A program made the translations under genes and the position numbers. A model generated the notes under the pieces. The model worked only from the letters and a program-made list of their open reading frames with translations. It had not been told where the DNA came from and searched no databases. Of a stretch of DNA of 64,000 bases, positions 25,051-35,206 are shown one piece after another (the first letter of the stretch is position 1; the number at the start of each line of letters is the position of its first letter). This DNA comes from an uncultured Polyangiaceae bacterium. GTDB lineage: Bacteria > Myxococcota_A > Polyangia > Polyangiales > Polyangiaceae. The stretch spans positions 2,780-66,779 of the forward strand of contig CAZRGL010000002.1 in assembly GCA_964599485.1 (NCBI GenBank), given 5' to 3'.

Positions 25051-26430
25051 ATGGAGCTGCGAACTGGAACCCTGATTGACGGCAAGTTCGTGCTCGAGCG
25101 TCGTATCGGCTCGGGGGGAATGGGCTCGGTGTGGCTCGCGCGCCATCGCACGCTGGGCTCACCGGTGGCCATCAAGTTCTTGCGCCCCGATCTGGCCAAG
25201 GACGAGCGTGCGCTCGAGCGTTTTGCCCGTGAGGCCCAGGCGGCGGCCACGCTCCGCACCCGACATGTGGCGCGGGTGCAAGATCACGGCGTCGAAGGCA
25301 AGCAGGCCTACATGGTGATGGAAGCGCTCGAGGGCGAGGATCTGCACGCCAGGCTGAAGCGGGTTGGCAAGCTCTCGCCCGATGTGACCTTGCAGATCGT
25401 CCGCCAAACCGGCCGTGGGCTCCATTATGCGCACGCCGCTGGCATCGTGCATCGTGACCTCAAACCCGCCAACATCTTCATCGCCCAGGTCGACCGGGAC
25501 GAAGAGGTCAAGATCCTCGACTTCGGCATTGCCAAGCTCGTCGGTGTGCCGACGGTGGGCGCGGCTACACAAACAGGTGTGCTGCTCGGCTCGCCCCACT
25601 ACATGAGCCCCGAGCATGTCCGCGGTCACTGGAAGAAGGTCGATCACCGTGCAGACGTTTGGTCGCTCGGCGTGGTGACTTTTCGGTGTTTGACCGGCGA
25701 GCTGCCCTTCACGGGTGGTGTTCTTGGTGACGTGTTGCTCAAAATTGGTAGCGATCCGCTACCCTCGGCCTGCGCTCTGGCGCCGGACTTGCCTGCTGCG
25801 ATCGACAGTTTCTTCCAAAAAGCGCTGGCCCGTGATGTGGCGGAGCGCTTTCAGAGCACCCACGCGCTGGCCGATGCCTTGGCTCAAGTTCTCGGACGCG
25901 TGGACTCGTCCTCTCGCTGGTCTTTGCCAGATGGGTTGTCGTCGGGCGAGCGCTCCTTTCCCGAGCCGCCCGTGTCGGCGCCCAGCTTTGATACGGAGAC
26001 GGCTGCCACTGCGGTGGCGTCATCCGAGGGAACGCTGACCGATGCCGGCAGCCTCAATGTCGACACCAACAATCGTCCCAGCGCTCCGCCTTGGCGGATG
26101 GTCGCCATTTCGGTCGGGGCGCTCTTCGCAGTGGGCGTCGCAATCCTCGGTGTGCAAGTACAATCCACCGGCCGCCACAACCTCCGTCCCCTCGCTCCAG
26201 TGCTCCCGCAAATCGAGCTCCTCGCCGCGCCCGATTCCACGTCCGCAACCGCTGGCGAGATCCCTGTCGATCTCGCTGATCCATCGGCAGCCATAACCGC
26301 GGCGGTAGGGCCAGGGGCCAGCGGCGCTCCAGCAGGAAGCGCCGTGTCATCGAGCGAACCTAGCTCCACCCCGCGCCCATCGGCTGGGCCGTCCAAAGGA
26401 CGAACCCCCGTCCCCAACTTCGGGTATTGA
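25051..26430 (+). CDS. Ser/Thr protein kinase with a C-terminal TM segment
   Basis: GSGGMGSVWLA, VAIKFL, HRDLKPANIF, DFGIAK, SPEH. There is a hydrophobic stretch WRMVAISVGALFAVGVAILGV. Confidence 0.9.
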   Translation: MELRTGTLIDGKFVLERRIGSGGMGSVWLARHRTLGSPVAIKFLRPDLAKDERALERFAREAQAAATLRTRHVARVQDHGVEGKQAYMVMEALEGEDLHARLKRVGKLSPDVTLQIVRQTGRGLHYAHAAGIVHRDLKPANIFIAQVDRDEEVKILDFGIAKLVGVPTVGAATQTGVLLGSPHYMSPEHVRGHWKKVDHRADVWSLGVVTFRCLTGELPFTGGVLGDVLLKIGSDPLPSACALAPDLPAAIDSFFQKALARDVAERFQSTHALADALAQVLGRVDSSSRWSLPDGLSSGERSFPEPPVSAPSFDTETAATAVASSEGTLTDAGSLNVDTNNRPSAPPWRMVAISVGALFAVGVAILGVQVQSTGRHNLRPLAPVLPQIELLAAPDSTSATAGEIPVDLADPSAAITAAVGPGASGAPAGSAVSSSEPSSTPRPSAGPSKGRTPVPNFGY

Positions 26431-26648
26431 GCCGCGCCAACCCGGACCCGCTCGCCGCAGCCGCCCGCCCGAGGTGTGAGCGAGTCCGAAAAAGGACATT
26501 GGCGAGCCCTAGCGCGGCTGCGAGGCCCTGTTTTCGGACCGCGCAGTGCGCTGGTGCGCTTTGGGATCATTTAGGTTCTGTTTCATCAACAAATGAGCTC
26601 GCTCGGAGCAGGGGCTTCGCAGGGCGGGGCCAGTTCGGGTATTGATGG

Positions 26649-27587
26649 ATGATGGCGGGGCGGTTCAGCCAAATGCTCGTCGTGTTGGTGATAGCGCTGA
26701 GCACTACCGCGGCGACAGCTGCGGGCGACAGAGCTGGCAAGAATGTGAGCGCAGCCAAGAACGAGGCGCGTCCGCTGGCAGAAAAGGGCTATCTGCGGTT
26801 CAAGGCGGGTAAGTTCGACGAAGCGATGGCGCTGTTTCGGAAGGCCGAAAAGCACTACCACGCCCCTGGGCATGTGCTCTACATCGCCCGCTGTCAGCGC
26901 GAGCTGGGAAAGCTGGTGGAGTCGCGCGACAGCTACATCTCCATCGTCAGCGAGCAGCTCGAACGCTATGCGCCTGCCCCATTCGTGGAGGCACAGGCTA
27001 CGGCGCGCGACGAGCTAGCGGCCTTGCGAAAGCGCATCCCGCAACTGCGCATCGTGATCACGCCCGAGCGGCAGGACGTGACCCTCAGCATCGACGGCCG
27101 CGCCCGCGAGCTGAGTAAGCCCATCCACGAGCTCAATCCCGGGCAGCACGTCATCAGGGTGTCCGCCGGCGATGACAGCGTGGAGCGACGTGTCCGTTTG
27201 GTCGAAGGTCAGCAGGAGCGTGTGCAGCTACATCTTGCCTTGCCACCTCCGCCGAGCCGCCCGCGTCCGCTGCTGCTGCCGGCGATTGTGAGCTTCGGGG
27301 TCGCAGGCGGCGGGCTCGTCGTCGGTGTAGCCACCGGTGTGGTGTCGTTGCAGCAAGTCAGCGCCATCGATGAGCAGTGCGTCGACAAGCATTGCCCGCC
27401 CGAGCTCGAAGCAGATGCCGAGCAGGCCACTACACTCGGTACCGTCTCGACCATTGGGCTCGTCGTAGCAGCCGCGGGCGCTGCGGCGGGGGGCACCATG
27501 CTCGTCATCGACCAACTCGGTACCGCGCATTCCACCGCCGAGCTGCAACTGCTTCCTGGTGGCGGACAGCTACGTTGGCGTTTCTGA
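26649..27587 (+). CDS. Membrane protein: TPR-like N-terminus, PEGA-like beta domain, C-terminal TM segments (paralog family A)
   Basis: Signal/TM segment MLVVLVIALSTTAATAAG. YIARCQRELGKLVESRDSY and RIVITPERQDVTLSIDGRARE...NPGQHVIRV are shared with the genes at 45948 and 58383. Confidence 0.7.
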   Translation: MMAGRFSQMLVVLVIALSTTAATAAGDRAGKNVSAAKNEARPLAEKGYLRFKAGKFDEAMALFRKAEKHYHAPGHVLYIARCQRELGKLVESRDSYISIVSEQLERYAPAPFVEAQATARDELAALRKRIPQLRIVITPERQDVTLSIDGRARELSKPIHELNPGQHVIRVSAGDDSVERRVRLVEGQQERVQLHLALPPPPSRPRPLLLPAIVSFGVAGGGLVVGVATGVVSLQQVSAIDEQCVDKHCPPELEADAEQATTLGTVSTIGLVVAAAGAAAGGTMLVIDQLGTAHSTAELQLLPGGGQLRWRF

Positions 27588-27965
27588 GACTCGGGCCGAA
27601 GCGAGCGCTTCGCGAATCGAGGGCAGCAGGCTCGAGCTCACCGGTCCAGTTATGCGCAGCTCCTCGCGCTCGTTGACCCGCGCCGGCGCGTCGCTCATGC
27701 CGTTGTCTGATTCGCAGCGATAGCGCAGTACACCCCCCTCGAGCCGATACGTGAAGCAGCGCAGGTACTCGCAGTCCGAAACCGCTCCGGGAACGAAACT
27801 GCGCAGCACGCGCACATCGGCGTCGAGCAACCAGAACGCCCGCGATCGCGCGTCACTTGGGCCACGCTGCTCGCGACTGGCTAGCAGATAGCACGAGCCG
27901 GCAGGCTGGCATCCCTCGGCGACCAGGAAGATCTCTCCAAGCGGATCGAGCGTGTCGTCGGCCAT
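27570..27965 (-). CDS. Hypothetical protein (131 aa)
   Basis: A complete ORF with GC-rich third positions. It overlaps the convergent upstream gene by 18 nt. I recognise no domain. Confidence 0.45.
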   Translation of the reverse strand: MADDTLDPLGEIFLVAEGCQPAGSCYLLASREQRGPSDARSRAFWLLDADVRVLRSFVPGAVSDCEYLRCFTYRLEGGVLRYRCESDNGMSDAPARVNEREELRITGPVSSSLLPSIREALASARVSETPT

Positions 27966-27993
27966 CGCGCGACATTGTATCAGGGCGCCAAGG

Positions 27994-29328
27994 TCAGCGG
28001 CGGGACTGGTCCACGTCGATGTTGGCGGCGCGCAGCCAGCGATAGAGCGTGGTGCGGGCTACGCCGAGCTCGGTGGCGAGGGCTTTGATGTTTCCGCCTG
28101 CTGCCGCCAATCGGGCCCGCAAGTCGTCTGCGGAGGGGCGAGCGACTTTTGGCGCAGGCTCGGCGGAGACTGGAGCCGAGGCTTGCTGCGGCGCGAGGCG
28201 TGCAGCGACCGCATCGCTGAGCTGTAGCGGGCCACCAGAGGGTGAGTCGACCAGCGCATGCTCGACCACCGCAGCCAGCTCGCGCACGTTTTGTGGCCAG
28301 TGGTAGCGCAGCATGGCGATGGCGAGCGGCCGACTGATGATGACCTCCTGTGCGCCCAGTCGCTCGAGAAATGTGTGGGCAAGCACCAGGATATCCTCGG
28401 GGCGCTCACGCAGCGGAGGCACCCGGATGACGAAGCGATCGAGGCGCCCGAACAGGTCTTGGCGAAAGCGCTGCGTTTCGACAGCGCCTTGCAACGGCAC
28501 ATGGGTTGCGGCGACGACGCGCGCTGCAGAGTGCATTGGGCGATCGGAGCCGACTTGCCGGTATTGGCCGCTCTCGAGCAATCGCAGCAAACTGGCTTGA
28601 AGGGTGGGCGAAGCGTCTCCAACTTCGTCGAGGAACAGCGTGCCTGCCCCAGCTGTCTGCACCAAGCCCGCGCGCGCGCCGCCAGCCCCCGAAAAAGCGC
28701 CCTTGGCGTGGCCGAACAGCTCGCTGTGCACCACACCATCGGCCAGCGCGCTACAGTCGATGGTCACGAAATTGCCGGCCCGCCCGCTCTCGTCGTGCAG
28801 CGCTCTGGCGACGAGCTCTTTGCCGACCCCCGTCTCGCCCTGGATCAAGACGGTGAGCTCACGGGGCGCGAGACGCTCGATTTGTCGGACGACGCGTCCG
28901 ATTGCGGCACTGATGCCCAGCAACTGTGGATGGCTGGGTGGCTCGTGAAATACCGGACCCAGGTGGTAGAGCAGCATGATCCGGCCAACAGCGATGATAT
29001 CGCCAAACTCGAGCTGTTTGCTGTCGATGCGTTGGCCGTTGACGAAGCTGCCGTTGTGGCTGCCTGCGTCGCGGGCGACCACCACGTCGCTGTTGCGCCG
29101 CACTTCGAGATGCGTGCGAGAGACTCTGTGGTCCTCGAATGCGCCTGCTCCGAAATGCGGTGCGCCTCGACCCAACACGATGGTCTCTGCGTCGCGCAAC
29201 ACGTGCCGCTGACCCACGCATTTGGGGTGGGCGTGCGCAACGATCGTCAGTTGCGGCAACTGCGGCGCGCTGCTCGCGTCGGCGCCTTCAGTAGGGAAGT
29301 CGGTGTGGGTGTTGCTCTCGTCGTGCAC
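27994..29328 (-). CDS. FHA-domain sigma-54-dependent transcriptional activator (bacterial enhancer-binding protein)
   Basis: - FHA: IVLGRGAPHFG...RVSRTHLEVRRNSDVVVARDAGSHNGSFVNGQRI.
- AAA+: LIQGETGVGKELVARALH, SELFGHAKGAFSGA, GTLFLDEVGD, RVVAAT.
- C-terminal HTH: ALATELGVARTTLYRWLR. Confidence 0.9.
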   Translation of the reverse strand: MHDESNTHTDFPTEGADASSAPQLPQLTIVAHAHPKCVGQRHVLRDAETIVLGRGAPHFGAGAFEDHRVSRTHLEVRRNSDVVVARDAGSHNGSFVNGQRIDSKQLEFGDIIAVGRIMLLYHLGPVFHEPPSHPQLLGISAAIGRVVRQIERLAPRELTVLIQGETGVGKELVARALHDESGRAGNFVTIDCSALADGVVHSELFGHAKGAFSGAGGARAGLVQTAGAGTLFLDEVGDASPTLQASLLRLLESGQYRQVGSDRPMHSAARVVAATHVPLQGAVETQRFRQDLFGRLDRFVIRVPPLRERPEDILVLAHTFLERLGAQEVIISRPLAIAMLRYHWPQNVRELAAVVEHALVDSPSGGPLQLSDAVAARLAPQQASAPVSAEPAPKVARPSADDLRARLAAAGGNIKALATELGVARTTLYRWLRAANIDVDQSRR

Positions 29329-29526
29329 GGCCAGCGCTGATTGTAGTTCAGCCCGACTCTAGCGCTACCTGTTGCTCGTCGCGACCGCTGTGCGGCGAAA
29401 CCCACAAAGAAGCGATGAGCCATAGCAGCATTCCGACGCGACGCGACTAGCCGTCGATGTCACACTCGGCCCGCTGGTGTGGACGTTTCTGTTGGGTTGG
29501 GGCGTTCCCTACCTCGATGAGCGCTC

Positions 29527-30525
29527 ATGTACCGAATTGACCACCACCACCTGCGTCACGTGTCGCTTGGGCTCAGCCTCGCGTTGTTGCTCGTCGGCTG
29601 CGATCCCGTCAACGTGCCAGCCGCGCAGCCCAACAGCACGCCGCTGCCCGAGGCCACGCCCACCAACGCGTCCACAGCAAACGCGCCTATCGTAAGGGCG
29701 TCCGCAGAGATCACGACAGTAGCGGCAGCGTCGCGCGCCTCGCGACCCAACCCGGCGCGCGCCTATTTGTGGAAGAAACAGAATCCGCGTTATGAGCCGC
29801 TCGTTAGCCGCCTGCTAGCGCCTGCTGGGACGAAGCGCGTCGCTGTCACGAAGGGCAGCTATGCTTGGTGGTTGCGTCATTTGCCGCTGCGTCGGAAAGG
29901 TACACCGGTGCGCGCCCACGATGGTGCGCTGCTGTTGGCGGCGGGCGATCATCGCATCTCGGCGGTGGTTGATCTCGACTTGGTGCCCGGTGATCTGCAG
30001 CAGTGCGCCGATTCGGTGTTGCGGCTGAGGGCGGAGTATCTTTTCTCCCGCGGTCGCTTCGACAAGATCAGCTTTCGTTACACGAGCGGATATCGCAGCA
30101 GCTGGCTGGCATGGTCACGGGGCGCGCGACCCGTTGTCACGGGCAACAAGGTGACAACGGGCGGCGGCGGTCGCGCCGACAGCTCCCACGCTGGCTTCGA
30201 GGGTTATCTGCGCAATCTGTTCATCTATGCGGGCACGGTGTCACTTGCTCGTGAGGCAGCGCGCCTCGAAAAGCAGGACATCGAAATCGGTGACTTCTTC
30301 GTCTTGCCAGGTGGGCCGGGCCATGCCGTCCTCATCGTCGATCTAGCGCGAGCGCCGGATGGCCGCTTGTACGCCCTGTTGGCGCAAGGCTTCATGCCAG
30401 CCCAAGACTTCCAGGTGCTGCGTGCGGCCAACGGCTCGAGCTGGTTCGCCCTAGATTCTTCGAGCGTGGGCGTCGACACCCCGATGTGGCCGACCTTCCC
30501 TTGGTCAGCGCTGCGCCGGTTGTAG
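29527..30525 (+). CDS. Lipoprotein, DUF4846-like
   Basis: Lipobox (LALLLVGCDP). GDFFVLPGGPGHAVLIVDLA...ALLAQGFMPAQDFQVL matches my recollection of DUF4846. The family assignment is tentative. Confidence 0.6.
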   Translation: MYRIDHHHLRHVSLGLSLALLLVGCDPVNVPAAQPNSTPLPEATPTNASTANAPIVRASAEITTVAAASRASRPNPARAYLWKKQNPRYEPLVSRLLAPAGTKRVAVTKGSYAWWLRHLPLRRKGTPVRAHDGALLLAAGDHRISAVVDLDLVPGDLQQCADSVLRLRAEYLFSRGRFDKISFRYTSGYRSSWLAWSRGARPVVTGNKVTTGGGGRADSSHAGFEGYLRNLFIYAGTVSLAREAARLEKQDIEIGDFFVLPGGPGHAVLIVDLARAPDGRLYALLAQGFMPAQDFQVLRAANGSSWFALDSSSVGVDTPMWPTFPWSALRRL

Positions 30526-30585
30526 TTGAAGCAGCTGGCGCACAGGTTGTGGGTGTTTGTCATCCTGATCGCCTACCATAGAGCC

Positions 30586-31605
30586 ATGCTTAGATGGTCC
30601 TTGCTCAGGTGGTCCGCGCTAGCGCTTGCTAGCCTGCTCTTGGCTTGCGGTGGTGAGGTCATGGTGTTCGGAACCGGTCCTGGCGCTGGCGGTCACGGCG
30701 GTGCACCCACCACGTCGAGCAGCGCATCGTCCTCATCCAGTAGCTCTTCGTCCTCGAGCGCATCGTCATCGTCCTCGTCGAGCGCATCGTCGTCATCGTC
30801 TTCGAGTGCATCTTCGTCGAGCGCATCTTCGTCGAGCGCGTCTTCGTCGAGCGCGTCGTCATCGAGCGCGTCGTCATCGAGCACATCGAGCACCTCGACA
30901 TCGTCGAGCAGTGGTGGGCCTTACGAAGAGATGTTCGCCTCCACTTACAACGCGCTCTACAAAATCAACCCGGACAACCACGCTATAGCGTTGGTGGGGA
31001 CTTTCGCGGGCTGTTCGAACATACACGACCTCGCCATGGACGGTAGTGGCCAGCTCTTTGCGAGTAGCTACCAGGGCATGCACAAGATCGACAAGAGCTC
31101 GGCAACCTGCTCGACCTTCGCTTGGAGCCAGAAGCCAAACAATCTTGCCGTCTTTCCCAAGGGCGCCATCGACCAACAAACCGACGTCTTGGTGGGTTTC
31201 AACAACCACAACTACTTGGCCTTCAGCAAGTCCAACAGCGAAGAGAAGTACCTCGGCCAGTTCAGCGGTCCAGGTAACTCCACGCCTTGGGGAGATTTGG
31301 TCTGGGTACCAGGTATGGGTTCGGTCGTGTCAGCCTATGGTGGTGTTGGTGGCTGCAATCCGGCGTGCCTGGTGCAATTCGATCCCAAGAGCGGCACCAT
31401 GATCAAGAACTACGGCTCACCGGGTTTGCAGGGGCTCATGGGCCTGGCCCACTTCAATGGAGTCACCTATGGCTTCGCCTACCAGGGCAAAGTCTACGAG
31501 CTGATCTTCGGCGCGAACAACGTTACAGCGAAGGAGGTGGTCATGAACAACCCGCCTCCTCAACTCCAATGGACCGGCGCCGCCGCCACGCTGTCAGCGC
31601 TTTAG
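30586..31605 (+). CDS. Lipoprotein with a poly-Ser linker of about 65 aa and a C-terminal beta-rich domain
   Basis: The likely start is ATG 30586 (MLRWSLLRWSALALASLLLACGGE, with a lipobox). The track ORF starts at TTG 30526. Confidence 0.65.
   Translation: MLRWSLLRWSALALASLLLACGGEVMVFGTGPGAGGHGGAPTTSSSASSSSSSSSSSSASSSSSSSASSSSSSSASSSSASSSSASSSSASSSSASSSSTSSTSTSSSSGGPYEEMFASTYNALYKINPDNHAIALVGTFAGCSNIHDLAMDGSGQLFASSYQGMHKIDKSSATCSTFAWSQKPNNLAVFPKGAIDQQTDVLVGFNNHNYLAFSKSNSEEKYLGQFSGPGNSTPWGDLVWVPGMGSVVSAYGGVGGCNPACLVQFDPKSGTMIKNYGSPGLQGLMGLAHFNGVTYGFAYQGKVYELIFGANNVTAKEVVMNNPPPQLQWTGAAATLSAL
30712..30912. repeat. Low-complexity Ser(Ala/Thr)-coding tract with 15-bp periodicity
   Basis: Units such as tcgagcgcatcttcg, tcgagcgcgtcttcg and tcgagcgcgtcgtca recur, encoding (SSSSA)n. 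Confidence 0.8.
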
Positions 31606-31635
31606 GAAGACACACACCGGGCAGCACCTGTTGGG

Positions 31636-31992
31636 CTAGCTTTCGACGTCGGTGCTCGAGAACACCTCGTGGATCTCGATCTTGCCGGGGCCGTCGAACA
31701 TGTCTTTTGGGGGCCGATTCTTGTGCGCCTCGGCAAAAGATGGGCTCTTGGTCCAAGCGACGAAGTCAGCGAGCGAGCTCCACCAGGTTTTGACCTCGTA
31801 GCAGCCTTTTTTCGTTGGGTCCTCGACCCACTGTCCGCTGTCGCTGTCACGCTTCATGGGACGGGGCCGGTGCACCTCGTTGCGAATGAAGCCGGGCGAC
31901 TGGTCGACCAGGTGGACCCGCTTGCTGAAGCGTTCTTCGAAGTTGGCCTCGTAGCCTGCGGCCACTTTCATGCGGTTGGTCACGACGATCAT
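31636..31992 (-). CDS. Antibiotic-biosynthesis-monooxygenase (ABM/IsdG-like) domain protein
   Basis: MIVVTNRMKVAAGYEANFEERF...GFIRNEV...SLADFVAWTKSPSFAEAH is a typical ABM ferredoxin-like fold signature. Confidence 0.7.
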   Translation of the reverse strand: MIVVTNRMKVAAGYEANFEERFSKRVHLVDQSPGFIRNEVHRPRPMKRDSDSGQWVEDPTKKGCYEVKTWWSSLADFVAWTKSPSFAEAHKNRPPKDMFDGPGKIEIHEVFSSTDVES

Positions 31993-32181
31993 GGCTCCTG
32001 GCTTAGTACAGCTCCCCGCAAGAAAGTACCCACCTCGGCAGCTCCGAACGACAAGGCTTTGCTACGAGACCTCGACCTACCACCACGCCATTGGCATCGC
32101 GCCTTGCCCTCGTCGCCCGGTCTCGCTTTCAGACAAGCAGTGAGCTGAGGACCCTTTTGCGCCCTCGACCGTCACACTCTG

Positions 32182-33126
32182 ATGGTCGACCACGACGCCC
32201 AAAACATGAAGCGCGCTCCGTCAGCGTTGGCCGTCATCTTCATCACGGCCTCGGTTCTGCAGGTTTCGTCCTTGGCGGCGCCCTCGCAAGTGTCCGCCGC
32301 GCCGGCCAGCTCAGCAAGCTGGAGCGCGAGCCATCCGCGCGTCGTCGAGGATCTCACAGCCGGCAAACCACTGGTCGTACATGTCGTGGTGCCGCTGTGC
32401 AGCAACGCCCAGATCTCCTGCGGAAGCCCCTCGCTCGGTAACCCTCAGAGCTTGCGCGGCAACTTGTATTGGGGGGCGCTGTTCGGTAACAAGCGCTTCT
32501 TCGACAAGGACAAGCGCTACACCCTGGTCAGCTCGACCAAGAAGAAGGCGGCGGGATTGCTCGAACGGGCGGTCTACCGCCGCTGGGTGGACGCCAAAGC
32601 GTGGCCCTCGGCCAATCGAAAGGCAACGAGTGCCAAGAAGATAGAGCAACTCGTGGTGCTCGATGCGGTGCACGGCTCGTACATCAACACTGCGGTCGAG
32701 ACCTTCTGGGCGGGCGCTACGGGCGGCGGCAAGATCGAGATCGTCGAGGCAGGCAAGACGCGACGGCTCACGGTGCACGTCATGGGCTACGCCGGACACA
32801 ATCGGCTGATGGATGGTGTTCGGCTCTCCAAGCTCGCCCAGCCTCGCAGCAAGCGCGCCCCGACGGCCTCCTTCGTGCTCGCTTGCTTCTCCGACGACTA
32901 CTTCAGCAAGCCGCTAATTGGTGCCGGCTCCCGGCCCTTGGTGATGACCAGCTCCTTCATCGCGCCGGAAGGCTACGCGACCGTGGCCATGGTCACAGCC
33001 CTGGGCGACAACAAAAGCATGGCGGCCGCCCGAAGCGCCGTCGTGTCGGCCTACGCCAAATACCAACGCATCAGTGTCAGGCACGCTGCGCGCTACTTCC
33101 CGAGCATGTCCAAGCCGAAGCGCTGA
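32182..33126 (+). CDS. Secreted hypothetical protein
   Basis: The signal peptide follows the alternative start ATG 32206 (MKRAPSALAVIFITASVLQVSSLAAPSQVSA). I recognise no domain. Confidence 0.6.
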   Translation: MVDHDAQNMKRAPSALAVIFITASVLQVSSLAAPSQVSAAPASSASWSASHPRVVEDLTAGKPLVVHVVVPLCSNAQISCGSPSLGNPQSLRGNLYWGALFGNKRFFDKDKRYTLVSSTKKKAAGLLERAVYRRWVDAKAWPSANRKATSAKKIEQLVVLDAVHGSYINTAVETFWAGATGGGKIEIVEAGKTRRLTVHVMGYAGHNRLMDGVRLSKLAQPRSKRAPTASFVLACFSDDYFSKPLIGAGSRPLVMTSSFIAPEGYATVAMVTALGDNKSMAAARSAVVSAYAKYQRISVRHAARYFPSMSKPKR

Positions 33127-33203
33127 CGATTCGGTGCCGGATATTTGGCTCGAGATCTGGCCTCGCCAATAGTGGTCGACAATGGGCAGGCTTTCGGATT
33201 GGC

Positions 33204-33914
33204 TCAGGGCCGTCGGCGCAGGGGCTCGAAGCGCATGACGTCGTAGGGCATCTCGAAGGTGATGAGCTTGCCGTCGATCTGCAGCTCGATCTCGACGCCG
33301 AACTTGTCGCACGCCTGGTAAGCAGTGATGCCATCAAAATGGACGCGAAGCTGGTACCAGTCGGGTTTGGTAGGCAAGACGACGCTGGCAGCTCCCTTGG
33401 CGGTGGGCTCGTATGCGTCCCACGGGATCACGTCGAGTGATCGCACGCTGAGGTCTTTGCGACTGGTCCAGCTGCTCGAGCGACAGTGAGCGTGCAGCCA
33501 ACCGAGCTTCGTCACGCGCACCTCGTTGGCTTTGCCTTGCACGCTATTCAGATTGATCGCCAGCACATGGATTTTGGCGGGTTTGCCACCATGCACGTGA
33601 CGCGCGGTGTTGCTTGTTTCGAGCACGCTGACGCCCGCCACCCTGGCGATCTCTTTTAGCTTCGGGCGCGGCGCGGGCCCGCTAGAGGGTGCGGCGGAGG
33701 CGCTGCTGCTCGCTGCAGTCGCCGTGATGTTCGAGGTGCTCGGGCTGGCCGGGCCAGGTGAGGCAAGCGTGGTTGCGGACGGCGGCAGCGAAGGAGCTGC
33801 TGTGGCGATCGGCGATTGCACGTGCGTCGGTTTACGCGGTTCGCTGCTGCACGCTACCACCAGCACCGCGCCTGCGACGGCGATCAACGCCTTGCCTCGT
33901 CGTGGACCACTCAC
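33204..33914 (-). CDS. Hypothetical lipoprotein
   Basis: LIAVAGAVLVVACSSE is a lipobox, followed by a Pro/Ser/Ala-rich linker. Confidence 0.6.
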   Translation of the reverse strand: MSGPRRGKALIAVAGAVLVVACSSEPRKPTHVQSPIATAAPSLPPSATTLASPGPASPSTSNITATAASSSASAAPSSGPAPRPKLKEIARVAGVSVLETSNTARHVHGGKPAKIHVLAINLNSVQGKANEVRVTKLGWLHAHCRSSSWTSRKDLSVRSLDVIPWDAYEPTAKGAASVVLPTKPDWYQLRVHFDGITAYQACDKFGVEIELQIDGKLITFEMPYDVMRFEPLRRRP

Positions 33915-33981
33915 AAACGCAACTATACGACTGTAGCGTCTGCGCGGCAGCCTTCCACGACGTACGAGTTGTTCGTGTTGC

Positions 33982-35196
33982 TCAGCGAAGCTCGGCGGAG
34001 CGCTTACCCAGGAGTCTTCTGGCGACGATTAGCATTTGGATCTGCTGGGTGCCCTCGAAGATGTCGAGGATCTTGGAGTCGCGAGCCCACTTTTCGAGCA
34101 GCTGCTTTTCGGTGTAGCCGGCCGCGCCGCACAGCTCGACACAACGCAGCGTGATGTCGTTGCCCACCCGTGCGGCCTTGGCTTTCGACATCGATGCCTC
34201 GACCGAGTTGGGGATCGAGTTGTCGGCCATCCAGGTTGCTTTCATCGTCAACAGTCGCGCCGCTTCGAGCTCGGCTTCCATGCGGTAGATCTCCGCTTCG
34301 GCTGCGCTCGAAGTGAACAAGGTGCCTTCGTGTTTTGCTGCGACGCCTTCGCGGCCAAGCAGCTTCTTGGTGAGCTCGAGCGAAGCACGCGCTACACCCA
34401 CGGCCATTGCCGCGACCAATGGGCGGGTGTTGTCGAAAGTCTTCTTGGCGCCGGAGAGGCCCTTCTGCGCTTGGATCTCCGGGCTGCCGAGGATGTTGGT
34501 CTTCGGAATGCGGCAATCGGTGAAGCTGACCGTGGCCGTGTCGGAGGCGCGAATGCCCAGCTTCTTGTCGAGCCGTTCGACCACCATTCCTGGTGTGCCC
34601 TTTTCGACAACGAAGCTCTTGATGGCTTTGCGGCCCAATTTGCGATCGAGCGTGGCCCACACCACCACCGCGCCGGCGCGCTCGCCAGAGGTGACGAAGA
34701 TCTTCTCGCCGTTGAGCACCCACTCTTCGCCCTCGAGCACGGCGGTGGTGCGCACTGCTGAGGGATCCGAGCCGGCCTCGGGCTCGGTGATGGCCATGGC
34801 TGCCCACAGACCGCCGAAGCGCTTGCGCTGTTCGTCATTGCCGACGGCGCTGATCGCCGAGTTGCCCAGCCCTTGGCCAGGAATGGTCAGCGCCAGACCG
34901 ACGTCGCCCCAGCAGAGCTCGGCCATGGCGAGGGCGGTTGCCATGTTGGCGCCGTTGCGATTGCCGCTCTCATCGGTCTTGCGTTTCTTGCCGCCGCCAG
35001 CGCCAGCGCCAGCCCCAGCTCCTGTGCCGGAGTCGTTCATGCCTTGGAGCAAGGACGCAAGCAAATCGAGCTCCTTCGGATAGGCGTGCTCGGCGGTGTC
35101 GTACTTTCGTGAGATGGGGCGAAAACAGTGCTCGCCGACCTGCCTGGCCTGGTCGATGAGGGGGCGGAGTTTCTTGGGGATTTCGAGATGAATCAT
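33982..35196 (-). CDS. Acyl-CoA dehydrogenase
   Basis: Start at ATG 35196 (MIHLEIPKKL). Motifs: WGDVGLAL, ITEPEAGSD, and the C-terminal ARDSKILDIFEGTQQIQMLIVARRLLG. The longer track ORF (to 35373) would overlap the upstream gene. Confidence 0.85.
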   Translation of the reverse strand: MIHLEIPKKLRPLIDQARQVGEHCFRPISRKYDTAEHAYPKELDLLASLLQGMNDSGTGAGAGAGAGGGKKRKTDESGNRNGANMATALAMAELCWGDVGLALTIPGQGLGNSAISAVGNDEQRKRFGGLWAAMAITEPEAGSDPSAVRTTAVLEGEEWVLNGEKIFVTSGERAGAVVVWATLDRKLGRKAIKSFVVEKGTPGMVVERLDKKLGIRASDTATVSFTDCRIPKTNILGSPEIQAQKGLSGAKKTFDNTRPLVAAMAVGVARASLELTKKLLGREGVAAKHEGTLFTSSAAEAEIYRMEAELEAARLLTMKATWMADNSIPNSVEASMSKAKAARVGNDITLRCVELCGAAGYTEKQLLEKWARDSKILDIFEGTQQIQMLIVARRLLGKRSAELR

Positions 35197-35206
35197 GGCT
35201 TGCTCC

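Noticed and set aside
26484-26539. 9-bp inverted repeat gtccgaaaa...ttttcggac with a 38-nt spacer downstream of the kinase gene
   Set aside because: The loop is too large for a terminator, I recognise no RNA family, and it could be chance.
32091-32108. Sigma54-like element ttGGcatcgcgccttGCc upstream of the gene at 32182
   Set aside because: The spacing between the GG and GC dinucleotides is one nucleotide longer than the strict -24/-12 consensus (TGGCAC-N5-TTGCW), and sigma54 promoters tolerate spacing changes poorly.
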